Shown here: piece after piece, positions 13,291 through 27,090 of the stretch | Numbering within the stretch: the first letter of the stretch is position 1 | How the letters are laid out: each line of letters begins with the position of its first letter | Assembly: GCF_964213995.1 (NCBI RefSeq) | Contig: NC_135819.1 | Span: 46,934,001 to 46,998,000, forward strand | DNA length: 64,000 bases | DNA from: Mustelus asterias | Lineage: Eukaryota | Direction: 5' to 3' | Program-made: the position numbers and the translations under genes | The notes under the pieces: generated by a model | What the model was told of the DNA's origin: nothing | What the model saw: only the letters and a program-made list of their open reading frames with translations | The model's database searches: none

Positions 13291-14532
13291 ATGTGTCTTC
13301 ATCTTATTTTACAAGTCACCATGCAGTCAGAAATAAATTTGACAGTTCGAGATGAGATTTATAATATCAACGGCAATGCATATTGGACTCTTCCCTATCC
13401 AGCAAGTTTTCAGGCATCACTTACTGGATTTTTCTTACTAGAAATTGTGTTAGGACTGAGCAGCAACTTGACAGTATTGGTACTTTACTGTATGAAGTCA
13501 AACCTGATTAATTCAGTCAGTAATATTATCACTATGAATTTGCACATACTGGATGTTGTTATATGTGTTGGATGCATTCCCCTTACAATAATTGTCACAC
13601 TTATTTCACTAGAAAGCAAAACGGCTTTGATTTGCAATTTCCATGAAGCTTGTATTTCTTTTGCTAGTGTAGCAACAGCAGTAAACGTTCTTGCAATCAC
13701 TCTGGATCGTTATGACATTTCGGTTAAGCCAGCCAATCGGATTTTGACCATGAGCAGAGCAATAACATTACTAACATCAGTGTGGATTGTGTCCCTTTCC
13801 GCATTTACAATTCCTTTTATTGAAGTCAGCTTTTTCAGTCTACAGAGCAATGAAAACACCTGGCAAAATAATACACTCTTGTGCATTGGTGTGAATGAAT
13901 ACCACAATGAATTGGGAATATATTATCACCTTCTAATGCAGATTCCTATCTTTATTTTCACTGCTATTGTAATGTTGATAACCTACAGGAAAATACTTCA
14001 AGCACTGAACATCCGAATAGGCTCACGATTTTCAACTAGGCAGAAAAAAACAAAGGGGAAAAAGACCAGGCCACTAACTATACAACATGAGAATACTAAT
14101 CAATCAGAAAGCAACAGAGGACACAATGTAATACTAGGAGTCAGAACTTCAGTCTCAGTAATAATTGCCCTAAGAAGGGCGGTTAAGCGCCACCGTGAAA
14201 GGCGGGAACGACAAAAAAGGGTTTTCCGAATGTCGCTTTTAATTATTTCAACTTTTCTTATTTGCTGGACACCTATATCAGTTTTAAATACTGTTATATT
14301 GTATAAAGGTCTAGATGATGTAATGATAAAATTAAGACTGTGCTTTCTAATCATGGCTTATGGAACAACTGTATTCCACCCTCTACTATATGCATTTGCA
14401 CGGCAAAAATTCCAAAAGGTCCTCAAAAATAAAATGAAAAAGAAAGTAGTCTCAATTATTGAGGCTGATCCCAACCCCAACAATCCAGTAATCCACAACC
14501 CATGGCTAGATCCCAAAAGAAACAAAAGATAA
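13291..14532 (+). CDS. GPR22: G protein-coupled receptor 22 (class A orphan GPCR), single coding exon nested antisense in COG5 intron 6
   Basis: 413-aa ORF with 7 hydrophobic segments and LDRY, CWTP and HPLLY motifs; recognisable GPR22 segments (CMKSNLINSVSNIITMNLH, GVRTSVSVIIALRRAVKRHRERRERQKRVFRMSLLII); position matches known GPR22/COG5 nesting; acceptor TTTTCAG ends at 13262. Confidence 0.97.
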   Translation: MCLHLILQVTMQSEINLTVRDEIYNINGNAYWTLPYPASFQASLTGFFLLEIVLGLSSNLTVLVLYCMKSNLINSVSNIITMNLHILDVVICVGCIPLTIIVTLISLESKTALICNFHEACISFASVATAVNVLAITLDRYDISVKPANRILTMSRAITLLTSVWIVSLSAFTIPFIEVSFFSLQSNENTWQNNTLLCIGVNEYHNELGIYYHLLMQIPIFIFTAIVMLITYRKILQALNIRIGSRFSTRQKKTKGKKTRPLTIQHENTNQSESNRGHNVILGVRTSVSVIIALRRAVKRHRERRERQKRVFRMSLLIISTFLICWTPISVLNTVILYKGLDDVMIKLRLCFLIMAYGTTVFHPLLYAFARQKFQKVLKNKMKKKVVSIIEADPNPNNPVIHNPWLDPKRNKR

Positions 14533-14750
14533 CTTTCAATAAAAATAAATTTAAACAAAAAGTTCTGTTTCAGGGACTGAAAGTAACTAATGTGGATCAA
14601 CAGATCTTCACCAGATACTGAGAGAAAATAACTTGCACCCCTTATGAAATCCACAAAAAAAAATGCCATTGATATGTGCAGACTACATCAAGAGCATCAA
14701 GCTGATTTGAAAATCAACTAACTGAACTTGCAAATATGTCGGCTAATCAT

Positions 14751-14756
14751 AATAAA
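14751..14756 (+). terminator. candidate GPR22 polyadenylation signal
   Basis: AATAAA about 220 nt after the stop; other AATAAA hexamers occur nearby. Confidence 0.3.
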
Positions 14757-16374
14757 TGTTACTCCACAATATTGTACAGATTTACTCAATTTTCTAGTTC
14801 ATACAACTGATTTTCCCCCATTTACCTAAATTAGGCTCACACCATTGTAACTAAACCATTTGGACTGTATTCTTTCAATGAGTCATGTTTTTGAAATCTT
14901 TGAAAAGTTCACTTGTAAATAATGTGGGAGTAACGCAAGCATTATGGTTAGAGGCAAGAGTGGAGCAAAATATTAGAAAGGAGCAACTTAAAAAGTAATG
15001 TCTTATTGAAACCTTCACCCACCTCCATATCCAACTGATCACCCTTCACCAATTTCCAACACCTTTCACCCCAATACCGCTTTCGTATAGCACTTTTCCA
15101 TGCAAGTAGAAGAAATAGAACATCTTTTATCGACTCCATTCTCACCGTCAAGGCCCGAAACACTGTTTTCAAGTGAAACAGCAATTTGCTTGTACTCATT
15201 TCAATTGAATGTATGGCATTTGCTGCTCACAATGCAGAGCACTTCATCTCTTGAGCCTTCTGGACTCAACATTGAGCTCAACAACCTTAGATCCAAACTT
15301 CTGTCCCATTTTGATTTTTCTTTGCTGGTTTGGTCTCTCTCTCATTTCTTTCTTAATGTCTTTACTTTGCATTCAGATGTCAGCTATCCTGCCATTCACA
15401 ACTCTTTTAGACAAATCTCTTGTTTCTTTACCTGTCCCATTACTATTCTCTTTGGTCTTGCCCCAAAATTACTTGTCATTTAATTTTCCCTGCTCTCCAT
15501 TCAGTCAGACTTTCCCTTTTGCTATTCTTCCCCACCCTGTACTACAAAGAGCTTCAAAGTCACATGCACACAGTTTATAGTCATAGCCTCAGGGCAACAC
15601 ATACATAACACAATAAAATACCAGTTTTTGAATCACAAAGGGGAGAAGTGTTGCTTTAATCTCAAGAGCTACACAATGAAAAAAACTCTTGTTCATATCG
15701 TGCCTTCCACAACCATAGCATGATCCAAAAGGGTTTAAAGCCAATGAAGCACTTTTTGAGGTTGTAATGGAAGAAGCATGGCAACCAATGACACACAGTA
15801 AGCTCCCACAACAACAATATAATGGCAAGATCATCCGTTTTGTGATGTTGATTGAAGAATAACTATTTGCAAGGACACCAGGTATAACAGCCCTGCTCTA
15901 TTTCAAAAGTAACACCAGGGATATTTTATCACTCGAGGAGGCAAGAAGCGCTTTGATAGAATGCCGAGGCAATAATTCTACCATCTAAACCATGAACTGG
16001 AAACTCAAGCCACATCTGACCCCGGAACGTAATTAAAAAGATCATTCTGTATGGGAACCAAAGCTCAAGGGTAAACAATTCCAGTAACAGTTATCAATAG
16101 AGAATCATCAACATTATTGCAGTTACTTTATATGAATTGCATGAATGGTCATAAATTTTCATGTTACCTGTACACATTCCTGTTCTAATCTTTTAAGAAT
16201 AAACTAATATTCAGAAATGATTACCAGTCATGCCCAAATTGAAGTCAACTCAATTACTTTTCCACAATTGGCAAGAGGGTAAATTGATTCCTAATTTGAA
16301 ATATTATTGTTCAACTATGGAACTGTATCAGATAGTCCAAGGTTCAATTATAACTTCCCCAATTAGGAGGAGTC

Positions 16375-17020
16375 AGTAGCATAGTTGTATTGTCACTAGA
16401 CTAGCAATCAATAGACCGAGACTAATGCATTAGGGACGCAAATTTATATCATAGAAATCATAGAAACCCTACAGTGCAGAAGGAGGCCATTCGGCCCATC
16501 GAGTCTGCACCGACCACAATCCCACCCAGGCCCTACCCCCACATATTTACCCGCTAATCCCTCTAACCTACACATCCCAGAACTCTAAGGGGCAATTTTT
16601 AACCTGGCCAATCAACCTAACCCGCACATCTTTGGACTGTGGGAGGAAACCGGAGCACCCGGAGGAAACCCACGCAGACACGAGGAGAATGTGCAAACTA
16701 TATATCCTACCATGTCAGATAATGGAATTTAAATTCAATTTGTAAAATCTGGTATTGAAAGAAGGATCAGTAATGGTACAATTCTGAAACTATCACTAAT
16801 TGTCCTAAAAGCCCATCGGGTCCACAAATGTTCTGCAGGAAAGAAAGTCTACCACCTTGCATGGTCTGGCCTATATGTGACTCAAGGTCCACAGCAATAT
16901 GGTTGACTCTTAACTGCCTCTGAATTGGCCTATCAAACTATTCAGTTCAAGGACAATTGGGGACGTGAAACAAAAATTAGCTTTGCCAGTGACACACACA
17001 TGCCATGAAAGAATTTTTTA
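16375..17020 (+). mobile_element. tRNA-derived SINE (second family) interrupted by an HE1-like SINE at 16447-16700 (-)
   Basis: Outer parts match the intact copy at 50815-51147; inner part matches the reverse complement of 28446-28770. Confidence 0.75.
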
Positions 17021-20000
17021 AAACTTCCCATTCAACATAGTGAAAGGTAAAGGAATAACTTTGCATTTATACAACACCTATTGTGTCTTTAGGATGTTCC
17101 AAAGTGCTTCACAGTCAACTACTCACTTATGAACTGTGGCCACTATTTTGTAATAAACGTCGCAACCAATAGACAACATTTAGAAAGTTAGACCAACAGA
17201 GAATATGTTTTGGTGGTAGTTTGAGACAAGAATGGGAGATTGACAAAAATCCGTGACTTCTTTAAATAATGTTGCGGAATCTTTCATGTCCACCAGAATA
17301 GGTAGATGAGGGCACCATTTAACAACTTATCCAAAAAAGGACACTTCCTCGAGCACCTCTTCACTATTACAGGGAAGTCAGTTAAAATTTCATATAAAGA
17401 GCTTGAACACAAGCTTCTGAATCAATGGTCAGGTTCAGATTCAACTGAGTCAAATCCAACAGGTATATAAACATATTCTGAGACAGCATTTGTCCCTGCA
17501 AACACATTTTGAAAATCATAAATTTAAAAGAAACCCTTGATCAAAAACAACCCAAACTTTACGAGCCAAAGACTTAGGGATTTATTCTAGAGTTAGGTCT
17601 ATATGCCCCTGGGTCAGATGGCTTTGGGTTCGACTCCAATACAAGCAGTTAACTGTATAACCTAGGTTGAAGGAGCAAGAGCAATGTTGGAAAATCCATC
17701 CTTCAATTGAGACACTAAAGCAATATCACATCATGCAAGGTAAACATTAATGGTCCAATGGTTCAAAGAAGAGCTGGTAATTCTCCGACTGTCTTTCCTG
17801 ACTTTCCTCCCTCAATCAATGCCACTAAAAACTAGGCTAGCAACACATCGGATTTCTGTTAATAGGGTTATGACCGGCACAGAATGAATGTCACATTTGC
17901 CTCTTAAAAACATTCAATGCACGGTGTTATGAGAAGCTTCGAGATATTAGGATAAAAACGGTACATTAAAAGACCCTGTATAAATGCTAGTTCACAGGTA
18001 TTAGTACTATATTAAAACTTCTCACAATGTTATCTGTATTGAAATTCTATCTTAGATTACACCGCAAGTTATTTTGATACAGGAAGTGCAAATAGAAGAA
18101 AAATGTTAGATACAGATATTTTGTAGTTCAACCAGATTTCAGATACGTATCAACTAAATGAATTGGACATTTCAATCTAGAGATAATCAGCAAACATGCT
18201 AACCTACTACATCGCTGTCTGATCAGCAAAACAGATCACATTTTATGAGAGTCAAATATGCAATTACATCTATTTACTGATGCGTGGTTGATACTTATTT
18301 AATTCGAAAGGCGTCAGGAGACGCTGGGGAGCCAATACAATAATCAGATTGGAATGAAAAGTAAATTAAAACAGCAATTTGTACTCAGCAATAAGTAGTG
18401 ATATTATCTGTCACAGACAACTAAGTATTTCCTTTTCTGTGCCCCTGCTCAATAATTTTGGATGTGGATGTGTCATTTTTACACCTTATAATAACCCAGC
18501 AACAAACTTTTTTTTATTTAAAAATGAAGATTATTTAATTTCTGACACATTTGCTCCAGAATCAAACAATGTCATATCTCACTCACTTGATCCACCTACA
18601 CCATCACACACACAAAATTAAATAGAGTAAGATAAAGCAGTAATTATAAAAGTGGAATCTGACTCAGTCCCTATTTCATTGCAGGCCTGATGTTTCTTAG
18701 GCGAGTTAATATTTTGGCCAGAATACGAAGCTACAAAGATTCTTGCAGTTTACATAATTGACCAGATGTGCATTTCTCAGGTCATCTTGAAGGTGGAGAG
18801 GGAAGCGAGTCCTTTGTTCTCCTTCAAGATATTTGCTGTTAGACACGTTTGCTGCTTAGCTGTCTGCAGCAGTCTGATGGCTTTACTCGCAAGACTCTCT
18901 CTCCCTCTCGGATGGAATTCTCTTGAAAGCCAGTTTGAGATCTCCTAATTTTTTTTGTTTTTCTTATCATGTGACCTTACATGAAATGTCATGTCACTAT
19001 CCAAATTAGGTGCTGAGGTAAATCAATAAACCATCCAGATTAAGTTTTCCCACCTGTGGGTTTGGTCAGCCACAAGCCCTTGGTTGGAGAAAGGCAAATC
19101 ATCATTGTTACAATGACGATGTCAAGGGGCCTTTTCTACCTTTCAGTGTGTCACAGAGATAAGCTGGTTTCTCAAACCCACAAAAGACAACCTGGTGACC
19201 GTCTGAAGCCATCTTAATATTATTATTTTTTTTAAAAACAGCTTTTAGAATTTAGCCTTAAAGATTTATAGTATTGTCATACCAGTACTTGACATGACCG
19301 CTGAAATGGAGGTGAACAAAGCGAAGTGAACAACCTATATAGTCCCCTGCCATTTCTTTAACTTGGAGGATAAGAGTACAAAGTTTACAAGTCTAAGGCA
19401 AGGTTAGATGTGGAACATACATCGAAAGGTATCGGATTCTGGTTCAATTAACATTTTAAAACAGAATTTGATCAAAACCTATGAAGAAAGACAATTAAAT
19501 ATTGCAGAGATAGCAACAGCAATGCTGGTCCTTCATCCCCAGAATATCCAACATGGGGAAGGAAAAGGTACATGATAGAATAATAGTTGGATTCCAAAAG
19601 GAGCAAGTTTAATTTGTTGAATGCTCTTTTCTCACTGCAAATGTTATGTTCATTGTACATATACATTAAAATTGAGATGAATTAATAATTATTGCCTCGT
19701 GTGCTTTATGTTGCTTTCAAACAATTTTTATGATATCATTATTCTTGTCATTCCTTATAATTTCTTCTGCAATTCTATCAAGTCAAAGTTTGATCTTCTT
19801 TACATCTACAAAATGCAATATCTTTGCGACTTCAGAAAACCTTCAAACCAACTTGAAAATAAAGCTGATGGCAAGATTGCATATTGGTATATAGAGAGAT
19901 TTGTAACTGTGTCCTAAATGCTGGGAATGGGAGTTAGTGTTGGATGTATTTTTTCTGCTTGGTGGGTGGAATATGTAATGCTTTCTTGTCATTGAAAAAC

Positions 20001-21569
20001 TCTACTACATCTGTTCAGTGGGGGTGGGTTCCGCATTCTCTGCTAAGTGTTAGCTAGGCAGCATAGTCAGGGAATGATCTAATATCTGGAGATGGAAAGT
20101 GTTGGTTCAACTTCTGCTCAGTGTGGGGGTATGGGGAAAGAGGGAGAAAATGATTATATAATGTATTGATCACCTTCTTTCAAATCCTTCCCTTGCTCAG
20201 TGGTAGTTTTTTTTTGGGGGGGGGTGGAAGAGCTGTCACTATTTGTGCAATGGGCAAAGGAGGTGGGGGGCGGTCATTGCAAAATGGAGCTAAGACTATA
20301 ACTGCCATGAAATAGGATCTTTTTTACCATGGAAGGCAAGATTCAAAATCATATCCAGATCTGGAAAGGAGCATATATTGTTGACAGTCGAGTTGACAGA
20401 TAGAGAGCAACAGTATGTAATACAGGAACAACCTATCAAAATGAAGTAACTCTAAAGCCCAAACAAACAGGCTGGGCCCACTTTCTGCTTCTTTAAACAA
20501 AATATGTGTTTTTATTTTAATTTCTTTTCGATCTTTTTTTTCCCTCCTTTTAAAAATATTTTTAAATTACTGGATGGAAAGTGTTCCTTTAGCATTATTC
20601 TGAAATGCACCTGGCCTTGTCCACGTTGTGGATACAGGTGATGCACAGGTTATATTACACACCAACCAATCCATGTATATTTTGTCATGATGATTGGCAA
20701 AGAACTTGAGGTCACATAAGGGGACATTTTTTTCTCTTTATGCATTAAGTTATGATCTGGAATGCACAGCACTGCAGATTTAATGATAAGTTTTAAAATA
20801 AATTTCTGCAGGGCCATGAGGAAACAGCAGAGGAGTGGAACCAATTGGATAGCTAGTTAAGGGTGTGCCCTGGCACAAAAGGCAAAATGCCTCCTTCTGA
20901 GTTACATCATTCTATGATTTTAGTCATGAAACAGTCATGGGTCATCCAGATGCTCAGAGGGAAATACAACAATCTAATAAAATTTGATAATTAGCAAGAG
21001 AAAAATAACTCAAATATTTTCTTACTTAACGCTGTAAAAAAAAAGACAACATCCATTTTTGGTTCCCGTCGCCAACGAAAACCTGAATTTATTTCTTCAC
21101 TCTACTATTGACAGCCATGTATTTAGCCGCTAGAGTCCCATCCTCCCCATTCCACCCTCTTCATTTAAAAATTCCTTAAAACTCTTTCATCCATTGGCTT
21201 TTAATTTCTCAACCAACTCATTATTTTTAAATATTCACCTCCTCATTATCTACTGTTTTGCAATCTTCAATGAAAATTCATCAAAATAAGCCCGTAGAGT
21301 TATCCGCAACACAGAAGGACGCCATTTGACCTATTGTGTTTATCTCATCTGTCTGCGGAGCAATCCAGTTAGTCCCTCTCCCTCACTCTTCCAATTTCCT
21401 TTTGAAATTTCTGCTTCCAGCACTCATATGGGCATCCAGGTCATTACCACTCACTGTGTACAACATATTTTTCCTCCTTGCATCTTTTATCCAAAAACCT
21501 TAAATCTGCATTCTTTGGTCCTTATACCATCTGCTAAGCATGAGGAGTACTGGAGAACTGGAAATTCTT

Positions 21570-22445
21570 GCCTGTTGATACGAAAAGTGCAACACAATTG
21601 TGCTGCTCACAACTGGCATTAACTGCTTGAGATGGATTTATCCTGCTTTCAATGGGCAGGCATACCTGGACAATTTTCCACATTACCGGGTAGATGTTGC
21701 AATTGTACTGAAGAGCTCGGTTAGGGACATGGCTAATTCTGGAATACAAATCTTCAGTACCATTGCTGGAATGTTGTCAGAGTCCCTAGCCTTTGCAACA
21801 TCCAGGGCCTTCAGCTGTTGCTTCAGAACACGTGGAGTGAATTGAATTGACTGAAGAGTGGCATCTTTATGCTGGAGATCTCAGCAAGAGACCAAGATGG
21901 ATCATCCATTCGCATTTCTGGCTGAAGATGGTTGCAAATGTTTCAGCCTTGTCTTTTGCATTGATGTGCTAGGCTTCCTATCATTTGAGGATGGAGATAT
22001 TTGTCGGGCCTCATCCTTCTGTCAGTTTTCAATTATCCACCAGGATTCACAACTGGATATGGCAGGACTGCAGAGCTTAAATCTGATTCATTGCTTTTCG
22101 GATCACTTAGCTCCGTCTGGTATGCAAATAGCCCTATTTTGTAGCTTCACCATGCTGACAACTTATTTTTAGGTGCGCATGGGCATGGTACATCTGGAAT
22201 GCTCTCCTGCACTCTTCATTGAACTAGAGTTAATTCCTCAGCTTGATGTTATTGGTAGGATAGGGGATATGGAGGGCCATGAGATTACAGATTGTGGTTG
22301 TATACAATTCTGCTGTTGTTGATAACCTACAGGACCTCATGGATACCCTGTTTTGAGATGCTAGATCTGTTTCAAGTCTATCCCATTTAGCACGATGGAA
22401 GAGCCGCAAGACACAATACAGGATACCCTCAATGTGAATTTGGGA
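21570..22445 (-). mobile_element. decayed non-LTR retrotransposon fragment
   Basis: Broken LINE ORF2-like peptides on the minus strand (e.g. WKIVQVC, KWDRLETDLASQN); followed by a short CR1 RT piece at 22450-22620 (+). Confidence 0.6.
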
Positions 22446-23211
22446 CTTCGGTGGAAAGAGAAGCTGTGGGAAGGACACAGAAGCTGCAAAGAGATACAAA
22501 CAGGTTAAGTGAATGGACAACAAGATGGCAGATGGAATATAATGTAGGGAAGTGCAAAGGTAATTCGTTTTGGTTGTTAGAAAAGCATAATTACTTTTTA
22601 AAAGGGTGTGAAAGTTATAAATTTCTGGGGTCTAGGTCGATGCCAAGTGGTCCATCCGGTTTCATTCCTTTTTGACTTGTCTGTAACCATTTGTTACAAC
22701 TGAGTGACTTGCTAGGTGCATTCAGTGGGCATTTAAGGGTCAAGCACATTTCTGTGGGTCTGAGTCACATGTAAGATGGCAGATTTCCTTCTCTAATGGA
22801 GCTGTCAATTCCAGATTTATTAATTGGATTTAAATTCCATCGGCTGTTGTGGTGGATTTTAACCCATGTCTCAAAAGCAAACTTACCCCAGTCCAACGCT
22901 GGCATCTCCACATCAAAAGCATTAGCCACTGAATTGCTGGTCTAGTGACATTACCATGATGCCACTGCCTCCTCATTTGAGCTGCTGGGGTTGACATTAT
23001 TATATTCACAAATATCTGCTACTCTGAAAGGCTTATTTTACACTGACCCATACAGACTAATATGGTTAAGGAAATTGAGTTGATGACATCGCTGCAACTT
23101 TTGCTACAGACTCCATTTCACAACAGATCATATTATAAAGCTAAAAATCCTAGTTGGTAGAAGTAATGTTTTAGATAAGCAACAAGTAACATTTTGGGTT
23201 TATTTACTTAC

Positions 23212-23332
23212 CCAATTCATTGAGACTCTGAGCAGCTTTCGTGATTTCTCTGCTTCCTCCCTGTAGTTGGACTTGGAGCCGTTTACTTAGGTACAAAATA
23301 CGAATTATCCTTCGAAGTAAATCACAAGCTGC
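23212..23332 (-). CDS. COG5: COG5 coding exon 6 ([40 protein letters not shown]); gene continues beyond the left end of the window
   Basis: TTCAG acceptor and G|GTAAGT donor; 121 nt; matches COG5. Confidence 0.95.
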
Positions 23333-24449
23333 CTGAATAAAATTCAAGGATATCGATTTGCTGAAAGTTTTGGAAGCATTTTATCCTTGTAAATTCCATT
23401 TTTATGAAGTTAATAAATTTTCTTAAATTTATAAAAGTTCAAACGGCATTCCTTATTTTAATCTTAAGTACATAGAACATTAATATCATGTGTGCTTTTT
23501 TGTTAAAAATGCAAGTTTTAAACTTGGCTGTCATTCTGGATTCCAATAATCAAGTTCCCAAATTTTACATCAGAAAATTTAAATTAAGTAAACCTTGGAA
23601 TGAGAAAACCCTTTTGACTCATCATGCCACTTACTTCTGCAATTAATGCATGAACACCTCAATCATAGACCTGTCTCACAACCCACATCATGAATCTCAA
23701 TGTTCTTTTCCTAACTAGCAAGTAAATCAAGAGATAACACCTCAAAAACTCTCAATTCTCTTTTCCAACAGTTCAGAGTAAGGCTATTTGACCACAGATA
23801 TGTAAATCCTTCCCAAAGTAAAAAAACAATATAATCTTCTCTCTGACATTTGATTATTTGCCCACCCATATACCAATGGTTGGTTTGATTATCAGTAGCT
23901 GCAGACCAAGCATAAATATCTTTGAATGACTTGGTACAATACTTTTCATCAAGTTAAAATGGTCTAACTTTGACTGAAACAATATTATTTGCAACATTAC
24001 ATTTGCTTGAACACCAAGTTTAAGACAAATAATGCATGCTGTCTTCTCATTTTTCAAACATTGAAGTGATAGGCTTTTAAAATTGCAAAGGTTACTCAAA
24101 ACACTATTAAAATGAAATGGTCAAGCAATACTTTCAGTTCAATCACAATCAAACAAGGAAACTTGGTATTCTAACTAGGATATCCTTTATGTCTTGAATT
24201 TACTTTTGACTAAAATGTTTAAGGTTGAAGCCTTTAAATTGAACATTGGAACCTCAACAGAAAAAAACTAAAAGATCATTCCCACAGTCTTCAAAGGGAT
24301 TACAGGGTGTAATGGGTTGCTGATCAAAATGTTCGGCTCTTAAGGTACATTGATTATCTAAGTAGAAATAACATCGTAAACCAACCAAGACAGTATTGGA
24401 ATAATTAAGTATGTAAGTAACAAAAAGCATGGAAGTGGGGTTCAGCAGA

Positions 24450-26219
24450 AGATGAGAAGGAGGATTTAATAATAGGAAACGAGGAAATGGCCGAGGCCTT
24501 GAACAAGCTTTTTGTGTCGGTCTTCACAGTGGAGGACACAAATAGCTTACCAATAATTGACGGTCGTGGGACTGTAGGGGGGTGAGGATCTTAAAAAGAT
24601 CACTATTACTAAAGAGGTCGTGCAGGGTAGGCTAATGGGATGAAAGGTAGACAAGTCCCCTGGTCCGGATGGAATGCATCCCAGGGTACTAAAAGAAACG
24701 GCAGAAGAAATAGCAAATGAATTAGTTGTAATTTATCAAAATTCACTGGACTCTGGGGAGGTGACAGCTGATTGGAAAACAGCTAATGTAACGCCACTGT
24801 TTAAAAAACGAGGTAGACAAAAGGCAGGTAACTACAGGCCAGTTAGCTTAATATCCGTAGTTGGGAAAATGCTGGAATCTATCATTAAGGAAGGAATAGC
24901 AGGACACCTGGAAAAGAATGGTTCAATCAAGCAGACGCAGCATGGATTCATGAAGGGAAAATCATGCTTGACTAATTTACTGGAATTTTTTGAGGATATA
25001 ACGAGTGCGGTTGACAGAGGGGAACCGGTGGATGTGGTGTATTTAGATCTCCAGAAGGCATTCGATAAGGTGCCTCACAAAAGGTTGCTGCATAAGATAA
25101 AGGTACACGGAGTTGGGGGTAAAGTGTTAGCGTGGATTGAGGATTGGCTATCTAACAGAAAGCAGAGAGTCGGAATAAATGGGTGCTTTTCCGATTGGCA
25201 ATTAGTGACTAGTGGCGTGCCGCAGGGATTGGTGCTGGGGCCTCAACTATTTACCATATACAGACGATCTGGAGGAAGGACCAAGTGTAGGGTAACAAAG
25301 TTTGCAGATGACACAAAGATGAGTGGGAAAGCAAATTGCGTGGAGGGCACAGAGAGTCTGCAGAGAGATTTGGATAGGCTAAGTGAGTGGGCAAGGATCT
25401 GGCAGATGGAGTATAACATTGGTAAGTGTGAGGTTATCCACTTTGGAAGGAATAATAGTAAAATGGACTATTATTTAAACGGTGAAAAATTACAACATGC
25501 TACTATGCAGAGGGACCTGGGGGTCCTTGTGCATGAATCACAAAAACTCAGTTTGCAGGTGCAGCAGGTAATCAAGAAGGCAAATGGAATGTTGGCCTTT
25601 ATCGTGAGAGGGATGGAGTATAAAAGGGAGGTCATGCTGCAACTGTACAGGGTACTGGTGAGGCCTCACCTAGAGTACTGTGTACAATTTTGGTCCCCTT
25701 ATTTAAGAAAGGATATATTAGCTTTGGAGGGGGTACAGAGAAGGTTCATCAGGTTGATTCCGAAGATGAGGGGGTTAGCTTATTAGGAGAGGTTGAGTAG
25801 ACTGGGCCTGTACTCATTGGAGTTTAGAAGGTTGAGGGGAGATCTTATAGAGACATATAAGATAATGAAGGGGCTAGACAGGGTAGAAGCAGCGAGGTTA
25901 TTTCCACTTACAATGAAAACAAGAACTAGGGGGCATAGCCTCAAAATACGGGGGAGTCAATTTAGAACAGGGTTGAGGAGGAACTTCTTCTCTCAGAGGG
26001 TAGTGAATCTTTGGAATTCTCTGCCCAATGAAGCAGAGTTAAATGTGTTTAAGTCACAGGTAGATAGATTTTTAACCATTAAGGGAATTAAGGGTTATGG
26101 GGAGCAGGCGGGTAAGTGGAACTGAACCCACTGTCAGATCAGCCATGATCTTATTGAACGGCGGAGCAGGCTTGAGGGGCTAGATGGCCTACTCCTGCCC
26201 CTATTTCTTATGTTCTTAT
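24450..26219 (+). mobile_element. 5'-truncated CR1-clade LINE, relatively young
   Basis: ORFs 24674..25786 and 25793..26125 encode CR1 RT (NYRPVSL, KAFDKV, GVPQG, KFADD, LEYCVQFW); (TTCTTATG)n tail. Confidence 0.95.
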
Positions 26220-26699
26220 AAGGTGGGGGTGGGTGGAAGCAGACAGTTAGGGAATAAGGGTTTGAAAATTCAGTTTACGATTGAATACCTACAGTCTGGT
26301 TCAACACACACAACTGATTGAGAGGGAGATGGCAAAAATATGATGTTTGAAGCAGAGGCCAAAGAAGATGGCATTCATTGGAAGAAATTTTGACTCAAAC
26401 AAGAGCAGATGTTGGACTAACAGACTAGGAGAAAGACAATAGAGGAGTTGTGAGAATGAATGGTTGAGATGAAGTGCCAGAGTACATATGGAAGCTGACC
26501 CCAAATCTATAGTTAATGCACTCAAGTGGCAACATGTAGAAATGGAAGAGGGGAGGGCAAAGAATGCTCTCTTTGGGGAGTTAGAAGATAACAATGTGAT
26601 GGCAAGAAGAAAAGCCATTGCTAGGGGTATTCTGGCACGGGTAAGACTGGGACCACCCATGAGCAGTTCCAACATTACTGAACACCGCCCCGCCCAGCC

Positions 26700-27090
26700 A
26701 GATCAACATCCTGGGGTTCCCAGTGACCAGAAACTTAATTGGACCAGTGATATAGATACTGTGATTACAAGAGCAGGTCAGAGGCTGGGAATTCTGAGTA
26801 ATTCACCTCCTGACTCCCCAAAACCTGTCTACAACTACATGGCAGTAGTCAGGAGTGTTTTGTAACACCATCAATTGCAAGTTCCCCTCCAAGTCATGTA
26901 TCATTGTAACACGGAACTAGATCACCGTTTATTCATTATTGCGGTGTCATAATCCTGCAATTACCTACACCAGATGAACTGCAGCTGTTCAAGAAAATGG
27001 GTCACCGCCACATTCTCAAGGGCAATTAAGAACAGGCAATAAGTACTAGCCTTGCCAGCAACACCCACATCCCATGAAAGATTTTTTTAA
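26700..27090 (+). mobile_element. LINE 3' fragment
   Basis: DQKLNWTS...RAGQRLGIL RT C-terminal remnant; 3' end shared with 35100-35660 and the second SINE family. Confidence 0.6.

Noticed and set aside
24674-25786. 370-aa ORF as a host gene or novel reverse-transcriptase system
   Set aside because: Ordinary 5'-truncated CR1 ORF2 with frameshifts and a stop on either side and a CR1 tail
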